Shown here: positions 58,161 to 64,000 of the stretch, one piece after another | Layout of the letters: every line of letters starts with the position of its first letter | Position numbering within the stretch: the stretch's first letter is position 1 | Origin: a virus | Lineage: Duplodnaviria > Caudoviricetes | Length of the DNA stretch: 64,000 bases | Virus record (IMG/VR): IMGVR_UViG_3300025838_000022 | Coordinates: 58,798 to 122,797 of that record | Strand: one strand, 5' to 3' | Notes under the pieces: generated by a model | Database searches by the model: none | The model's input: only the letters and a program-made list of their open reading frames with translations | What the model was told of the DNA's origin: nothing | Made by a program: the position numbers and the translations under genes

Positions 58161-59624
58161 CTACAGACGACCAAGAAGCGCCTTGCGGATAGGACCGGCA
58201 GGCTTGTTGATAAGCTTACCAGCCTTGAACATCTTGACCGCTTCCTCGACGGAAGGGATCATGATGATCTTGTGCTTCTTGACCAGCTGAGCGCACTGGA
58301 GGATAATGTCGTCGTTCTGACCGCCACCGTCAGAGGTGACTTCACCATCTGAGACCCAGACGATTGGCTCGTTGGGGTGACGGTTCTTGATACCCCACAC
58401 CAGAGCAGGACCGTCGACGCCGTTGCCAGCACCACCGATATTTGGGATCTCACGTACACGCCAGCCACGTTTGGCGAGGAGCCACGCATTGGCAGAGGTG
58501 TAGTGAGTCTGACTGTATGCGAGGATGGTCGCAGCAGGCGCTGCCTCGACAATCGCTTCGATGTCTTGCTGTGACAGAGACATAGAACCTGAGATGTCGA
58601 CGATGACCATGCCACCCTTGACGCGTACCTTATTGGTAAAGATACGACGCTCGGGGTCAGTGTACCAACGGCTAACGTTGCCGAGCTTACGACCGACCAA
58701 GGCAGGCTTGCGCTTACGATTCATGAACCCCTCGACCTGGACAGACAGTGGAAGCGTGTCGTCAATGACAAGCTCCGCAAAGTCTCCATCCTCGTCGTGT
58801 GGGAACTCGTAGTCGTCAGGCAAGTCGTCCTCGAGTGGAGTCTGGTCAGGGTCAAGACGGTTAGCATCTTGCTCCGCCTGACCATACTCCTCAAGGATCT
58901 TGTCTTCCTCCTCCTGGCGCTGTTGGGCAACGCTGCTAGGAGAACGCCTACCGTTGGCATAGTTGGCAATCTCAGAGGCTGCAACAAGAGTGTTGTTGTA
59001 ACCCCTCGGACCCACTACGTCGCTGCTGTAGTGGTATGGCATGGTAGAGCCAAGGTCACCCGGTGTACCGTCAAAGATACTAGTGAGACGACCAGCAAGC
59101 TTACGCAGCATGTCGCTCCAATCTGGGTTCACAGAGCGTACGCCAGCAGCAAACGAATCGAATGCTGACTTGTTGGCGTAGTTACGCACGGTGAATTCAA
59201 CTGCATCTTCCCAGTCGTTAGGGCTGCCAGCAGTTGCCATACGGATACCTGACTTCTTCTCCGCACCGGTGGAGTCAAGCTCAAGACCCTTGATCTTGGC
59301 AAAAGGCTCAGTAACAGCGTTGATACGAGCCTCCTCCGCAAGATTGAGAAGAGCCCTGGTGACACCATTGTGCTTGTAAGACTCAGCCACTACCTTGGCA
59401 ACCTCCTCAGTCTGAAGACCGACGCGGGCGCGGATGAGCTCACGCAGCTGCGTACGACGGGACCAGTCGTCCCCCCGAAGGGGGACGGCCAGTACCTTCG
59501 CAGCCCAGTCGACACCTACACCCATCTGGCCCGTAGTGGGCTCGACAGTCCAGGTAGTCGTCTCGGCTATGTCGTCACGGAACGCAGTGATTGCCCCTAC
59601 AAGGGGCTTCTGCTCGTCAGCCAT
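58161..59624 (-). CDS. VWA (MIDAS) domain protein, partner of the MoxR ATPase
   Basis: 'IVDISGSM' (DxSxS), 'WVSDG'; N-terminal peptidase-like region with 'EEARIN'. Confidence 0.8.
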   Translation of the reverse strand: MADEQKPLVGAITAFRDDIAETTTWTVEPTTGQMGVGVDWAAKVLAVPLRGDDWSRRTQLRELIRARVGLQTEEVAKVVAESYKHNGVTRALLNLAEEARINAVTEPFAKIKGLELDSTGAEKKSGIRMATAGSPNDWEDAVEFTVRNYANKSAFDSFAAGVRSVNPDWSDMLRKLAGRLTSIFDGTPGDLGSTMPYHYSSDVVGPRGYNNTLVAASEIANYANGRRSPSSVAQQRQEEEDKILEEYGQAEQDANRLDPDQTPLEDDLPDDYEFPHDEDGDFAELVIDDTLPLSVQVEGFMNRKRKPALVGRKLGNVSRWYTDPERRIFTNKVRVKGGMVIVDISGSMSLSQQDIEAIVEAAPAATILAYSQTHYTSANAWLLAKRGWRVREIPNIGGAGNGVDGPALVWGIKNRHPNEPIVWVSDGEVTSDGGGQNDDIILQCAQLVKKHKIIMIPSVEEAVKMFKAGKLINKPAGPIRKALLGRL

Positions 59625-60382
59625 TACAGCGACACTTCCGTGCTAAGGGTGCCGATACGGATGGCGTCGATGATGGGCTCAGCCATCTTACCGAACACCA
59701 GCTTGGCAGCACGCTCAGTGGTGAACAGAGGGCTGTTACGCAGCGTCTGGAATTCCTTCCAGGCACGGAGCGAAGCACGCTCACCGGGACGACCAGCGAC
59801 GATGGTGGCAGCCAGCATGCGCAACTCTGGCGGCAATGCAGAGACCAACGCAGCTGGGTGAGCAGCGTCAATCTTGATTGCAACCGGGAAGCGGTCACGC
59901 AGCGGACCCTCAATCTCGTTGGGGTCCTCGAAGTTGGTGGTCATGATGGCAGAGAAGCCCTCACGCGGTAAGTGAACCTCACCGGTGTAAGGGTTCTTCC
60001 AGACCGCCGACTCCGGGCTGTCAAGGAACTTCATCAGCGTGGTGACAACGTCACCGCTGGCACGGTTGATCTCGTCAACAACGAGACGACCGCCAACAGT
60101 ACCGTCACCATCCCAGGTGATTGGCCCGATGCCCTTGACGTAGTTGAAACCACCACGCTCGTTGGGAAGCATAGAACCAACGATGTCAGCGTTGGTCATG
60201 TCCTCGGAGCAGAGGAGGGTCTCGAACCCAGCTGCATTGATGTGCAGGGTCTGGGCTGAATACGTCTTGCCAGTGCCGGGGGGACCGTAGAGGATGACAC
60301 GCTTGCAACCTGCAGCGAGCACATCGTTAAGGTCAATGAAGCACTGGGGAATCGGGATTCCCTCGATGAATTCAGTGGTCAT
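59624..60382 (-). CDS. MoxR/CbbQ-like AAA+ ATPase
   Basis: GPPGTGKT, 'VVDEINRA', 'MTTN', 'LRDRF'; coupled (TAATG) to the VWA gene. Confidence 0.88.
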   Translation of the reverse strand: MTTEFIEGIPIPQCFIDLNDVLAAGCKRVILYGPPGTGKTYSAQTLHINAAGFETLLCSEDMTNADIVGSMLPNERGGFNYVKGIGPITWDGDGTVGGRLVVDEINRASGDVVTTLMKFLDSPESAVWKNPYTGEVHLPREGFSAIMTTNFEDPNEIEGPLRDRFPVAIKIDAAHPAALVSALPPELRMLAATIVAGRPGERASLRAWKEFQTLRNSPLFTTERAAKLVFGKMAEPIIDAIRIGTLSTEVSL

Positions 60383-60452
60383 AATATGTTTCTCCCTGTG
60401 TTTAACGGTGCTTGGGAACACCGGGCACATACCTGGGTTGGTATGTGAACCG

Positions 60453-60523
60453 TACTGCAGGTGGGAATTGAACCCACAACCTACCTGGTTAACCAGGTTG
60501 CTCTACCATTGAGCTACTGCAGT
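60453..60523 (-). ncRNA. tRNA-like RNA with a non-canonical 6-nt palindromic anticodon loop
   Basis: ACTGCAG TA GCTC AATGGTA GAGC A ACCTG GTTAAC CAGGT AGGTT GTGGG TTCAATT CCCAC CTGCAGT A. Confidence 0.8.
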
Positions 60524-60529
60524 GACCTA

Positions 60530-61003
60530 CTACTTGGCTATAGCCTGGATCAGCATGGCCTTCGACTTGTTGTCGAATGAGATGGTTGCTGTCTTGTAAC
60601 CACGCTTGATAGCTTCACGGTACATTCGAGTACGCATGTTGTCATGTCCGAACTTCTTGAATGGAATCAACGATTCAAGGTCGGAGTACGGGACAACATG
60701 GGTCTGACCGTCAAGGATGGCGTCGAGCCACACCTTGTGCTGCTTCCAACGGATGTGCGTTGCTGCACGCATTGGCTTCTTGTGAGTAGCCTTGACTGCG
60801 TTGACTGCCTTGACAATCTCGTCAACAGCAATCGCCCGTGGAGCTGGTGTTGGTGCGGGAGTCTCGTTGTGACTGCTCGTCTTGAATGATTCGATGAGCT
60901 CGATCACCTTGATAACTTCACCGCGAGTGGCAGGACGCTCAAGTACCGTGTCAGTTGCAGCCAACACGCTCTTGATTGTCTCACTCATCTTGTTAACGCT
61001 CAT
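60530..61003 (-). CDS. Hypothetical protein
   Basis: ORF with an AAGGAG RBS. Confidence 0.6.
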   Translation of the reverse strand: MSVNKMSETIKSVLAATDTVLERPATRGEVIKVIELIESFKTSSHNETPAPTPAPRAIAVDEIVKAVNAVKATHKKPMRAATHIRWKQHKVWLDAILDGQTHVVPYSDLESLIPFKKFGHDNMRTRMYREAIKRGYKTATISFDNKSKAMLIQAIAK

Positions 61004-61149
61004 GGATTTCTCCTTGATGTTTGCCCTTACTGGTTTACTACAGAGTAGCAGGGGTGATGACTACTCCGATGCACACACGAATAGCCATGATACTCGTGTG
61101 TACATCGCAGTAGCCGGGCAATACAACACCCGGCCCTGCTTGTTGCTAA

Positions 61150-61467
61150 CTACAAGAACTCGACGGGGTCACGGTCCTCAAAGATTGCTTCGAGGTCAGC
61201 GTACGTATAGTCCTCAGGGTTCTCCTGATAACGCTTGAGTGCAGCCTCAATGCGTTCATCCTGGTTACTATCTCCGTCATCTTCCTCGTCATCGGAAATG
61301 TTCTCGAAGATAGGAACAGCCCAGTCAGGAACCCATACTTCGTCCTGACCATAAGCAATTGATTCCTTAGTTGCTTCGTGCAAGCACTCTAGAAGCGCCC
61401 TCTGGACATTGTTCCAACGTTCAGCAAGTTCCTTACTGATCGGTGGGTTGTCAACTGGTTCACTCAT
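61150..61467 (-). CDS. Acidic hypothetical protein
   Basis: ATG at 61467 after AAGGAGG. Confidence 0.6.
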   Translation of the reverse strand: MSEPVDNPPISKELAERWNNVQRALLECLHEATKESIAYGQDEVWVPDWAVPIFENISDDEEDDGDSNQDERIEAALKRYQENPEDYTYADLEAIFEDRDPVEFL

Positions 61468-61523
61468 TGCACCCTCCTTAGGTGAGTGGGCCCGTTTCGG
61501 TGGAACCCATACCGCCTGTGTTG

Positions 61524-62075
61524 TTACAGGTTGCAAACGTACTCGTCTGCACTCCACTCGGGAGTAAAGCCGTTGTTACGTTTGTAATACCACATCGCTA
61601 CCTTTGACTGTTCATCACCGGTAGCCTGTGAAGCTAACGCTGGTAAACCAGGTATGTTCGCCCGTGCGTAGTCCCAAATGTATGGGACGAACTGATACCA
61701 ACCAGCAGCACCACTGTGTATCTCAACAGAGTGCAGATGGTTACGGCTCTCCTGATAACGAATGCAGTCAAACTTTTCTTGCACTGTCATCGGCAATCGC
61801 CGCAACGGGTCAGTTGCATCGGGCCATGTGGCTGTTGGATCGCTGGATTCAGTGTTCCATCGCTGTAAAGGTCGAGCTACCACATGTGGTTGGCTCATCA
61901 CATACGCTTGAAGATTTAGCGGTGTGACATCCTGCACCTGAAATGCTGGGGCAGGTAACCTTGGTGTCACAAAACTAACAACGCGTTGGGTATGACCCGC
62001 AGCGTGTACGTTATTGATGTAGACACCTACAACAATAAAAGCACTGGATAACAGCAAACTTGTCAGTTTACGCAT
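61524..62075 (-). CDS. Secreted Rpf-like / lytic transglycosylase
   Basis: Signal-peptide-like N-terminus (MRKLTSLLLSSAFIVVGV...HAA); 'CIRYQES', 'GAAGWYQF...W', 'A.QAT..EQ..VA', 'W...C'. Confidence 0.75.
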   Translation of the reverse strand: MRKLTSLLLSSAFIVVGVYINNVHAAGHTQRVVSFVTPRLPAPAFQVQDVTPLNLQAYVMSQPHVVARPLQRWNTESSDPTATWPDATDPLRRLPMTVQEKFDCIRYQESRNHLHSVEIHSGAAGWYQFVPYIWDYARANIPGLPALASQATGDEQSKVAMWYYKRNNGFTPEWSADEYVCNL

Positions 62076-62189
62076 GTACCCTGTACCTTTCATGTTAGTT
62101 GGTGGGATTCTGTGCTGGCTCCCACCGGGCCAGTTTACATCACGTGCGTGAGATATGTGTGGAGTTAGGTTCCACACACAGGGGCGGGG

Positions 62190-62486
62190 CTATGCCCACT
62201 CCTGTTTCTCACCCACGTAACGAGCATAGATGGTGTGAGTACCGTCTTCCATACGTCGTGATGTCACCTGGTAGGGCAACAGCTTACGGTTGATACCCTT
62301 CAATGCTTTGATGTTGATTCCACAAAGAGTGCAAAGCACAGTGGGGCTGGTAGGTGATTTGAGTTGAGTTGAGTACTCGAACCAGACACCTGGGTTGCTC
62401 ATGAGCACCTCACGACGCTCTTGAGCATTGTTGCGTGAACCACGCTTGATTGGGCCGGGCGCAGCCTGCTTCATTGTAATGGCCAT
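62190..62486 (-). CDS. Hypothetical protein
   Basis: 'L.SNPG.W.....YARYVG'; strong RBS. Confidence 0.6.
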   Translation of the reverse strand: MAITMKQAAPGPIKRGSRNNAQERREVLMSNPGVWFEYSTQLKSPTSPTVLCTLCGINIKALKGINRKLLPYQVTSRRMEDGTHTIYARYVGEKQEWA

Positions 62487-62578
62487 GATAACTCCTTATC
62501 AGTTGGCAATCTGTAGCTTACTTAGCTACGTTCTCAACCCCACCACTCACTATGGAGTGGTGAGGCCTTTGAGAATTG

Positions 62579-62854
62579 TTATTCGGCGTCACCGTCTTCT
62601 AACATCTGTGCCCAGATGCCAAACATCTCGTCGACGTCCTGTCCGATGGGCCGCTTGTACGCCTTGATGCGATCGAGAATCTCTCTCGAACGCCCCATGG
62701 CTTGATCCATTATCTCGTCGCTGAATGGAAGTTCGCTATCCATTGATTTGATTGCTTCGTTCATGGCAGACATCGTTGTCTCAAACGTACCCAGGATTGT
62801 ACGAATATCTTCATCCGTAAATCCTGCGTCAATTAAACGTTGGGTGTTAAGCAT
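62579..62854 (-). CDS. Hypothetical protein
   Basis: ATG at 62854 after AGGAG. Confidence 0.55.
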   Translation of the reverse strand: MLNTQRLIDAGFTDEDIRTILGTFETTMSAMNEAIKSMDSELPFSDEIMDQAMGRSREILDRIKAYKRPIGQDVDEMFGIWAQMLEDGDAE

Positions 62855-63314
62855 GTTGTCTCTCCTGTATTGCTTTGATGTCACCCCAGCCGTAAAGGTC
62901 TGGGTGGTACAGTGCTTGTCCTTGATTGAACATCACATGTTTGAATGACATCCCAATCTTGCCCGGTATGTCCTGACAAGTCGGAAGTTGTATGATGTCG
63001 AGGTTAAGTTGCTCCTCGCGTACCACACGCTTGAGATTGTGTAAGTAGCCCATAACAATCTCAAGAGGATTACTTACAGCGCAGACATTCAGTGCTGGAA
63101 TGTCCTGCTTGAGAACTGGTAGGTTGTGCTCCATAACCCAGGTACCACCTGAGTCTGCAGCCTTCAGCATGATTGCTGTGTAGACGTCCCAGCAGTCGAT
63201 GATTGCTAGATGGAAGTGGTACAGCTTGTCGAACCGGTACTTGAAACAAGTTGGTTCGAGCATGTCTGTGCCCTCTTCCATGGATATGTCATGTATAGTT
63301 AATTCATCACTCAT
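62847..63314 (-). CDS. Hypothetical protein
   Basis: 155-aa ORF. Confidence 0.6.
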   Translation of the reverse strand: MSDELTIHDISMEEGTDMLEPTCFKYRFDKLYHFHLAIIDCWDVYTAIMLKAADSGGTWVMEHNLPVLKQDIPALNVCAVSNPLEIVMGYLHNLKRVVREEQLNLDIIQLPTCQDIPGKIGMSFKHVMFNQGQALYHPDLYGWGDIKAIQERQHA

Positions 63315-63368
63315 GGCGTGACTCTTTCTTACTAAATGTGTAGCTATTTGCTACGGGTACTGCTTTTG

Positions 63369-63665
63369 TTACTGCACCTTGCGCTTTGAGATACGCACTA
63401 AATGCGCTTCTTGACCCATCTTCTCACCGTCGATGATGTCATACTCGATGAATGAAGCGACGTAGTCACCATCTTCATCAAGATCCCACCCCCTGCTAAT
63501 GGGCAAGACTTCCTTGCCGGGCCGGGGGGTTGAGTACCACTTCTCCACCGCAATTTGGGCATCCTTCAATTCCTTGAATAGACCAAACCAATGGATGGAC
63601 AAGATATTGATACCCTGTTCGTGAGCGTGGGCGCTAACCGTTGTTTCTACTGCCCATACCTTCAT
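63369..63665 (-). CDS. Hypothetical protein
   Basis: ORF after AGGAGG. Confidence 0.55.
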   Translation of the reverse strand: MKVWAVETTVSAHAHEQGINILSIHWFGLFKELKDAQIAVEKWYSTPRPGKEVLPISRGWDLDEDGDYVASFIEYDIIDGEKMGQEAHLVRISKRKVQ

Positions 63666-63871
63666 CAGCATTCCTCCTGTTCAATTGTTTCATCATCAGT
63701 GCAACAACAAGGCGTTATCGTACCATCTTCAAGCTTGTAGTACTCACAGTCACAATAACTGCAGTAATGTTTTTCTACAGCATCAGGATATGGATGAAAT
63801 GGTTCTTTCTCATCTGGCATTGACAAACCACCGAACGAATCCGGGGCACTGCTTGGTTTTACTACTTCCAC
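63665..63871 (-). CDS. Small Cys-rich protein
   Basis: GTG start after AAGGAG; CSYC...CCC. Confidence 0.5.
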   Translation of the reverse strand: MEVVKPSSAPDSFGGLSMPDEKEPFHPYPDAVEKHYCSYCDCEYYKLEDGTITPCCCTDDETIEQEEC

Positions 63872-64000
63872 AGGGATCTCCTTGTGTTTGTTTACTGCTA
63901 CCCTACTTGGGTATTGTTACTTCTTCCATTGTATTTCTCCTTGTTTGTTTGAGGTGGGTTAGTCCTCGTTTGACCCATGAGACCCACGAACAAATGTTCC

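Noticed and set aside
61036-61114. Hammerhead ribozyme in the three-way junction
   Set aside because: The CUGANGA and GAAA core sequences are absent on both strands.
1-64000. Prophage, integrase or host chromosomal DNA
   Set aside because: No integrase, att-like context or housekeeping operons. dnaE, recA and dnaB are embedded in phage-style gene order.

Overview
This is a 64-kb segment of a large lytic tailed phage, probably a myovirus of Actinomycetota. The host inference rests on two WhiB genes, an MSMEG_6728-family gene and an Rpf-like transglycosylase; the gene set recalls Bxz1-like phages. The + strand (1-48773) carries the end of a baseplate/tail module, a SNF2 helicase, WhiB, a roughly 7.4-kb glycosylation cassette (GT4, GT25, GT10, methyltransferase, GT2-like, STELLO-like, GDP-mannose 3,5-epimerase-like), four tRNAs, a replication/recombination module (5'-3' exonuclease, DnaC, DnaB, primase, SSB, DnaE, RecA, resolvases, Cas4-like) and a late/packaging region with the large terminase. 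The - strand (48775-64000) is a convergent arm of small early-type genes, including a second WhiB, a MoxR AAA+/VWA pair and an Rpf-like protein. Five signals lie outside ordinary annotation. (1) A roughly 770-nt ORF-free, heavily base-paired region at 56740-57497 looks like a large ncRNA. (2) Compact H-type pseudoknots with covarying stems, and hairpins with an AA(A/G)UA loop, recur in gene leaders. (3) A tRNA-shaped RNA has a palindromic 6-nt anticodon loop. (4) One protein looks Sm/Hfq-like. (5) Six small genes around the terminase share an N-terminal (W/F)xxRYA peptide resembling a capsid-targeting leader. All protein calls come from motif recognition by eye; no database searches were run.
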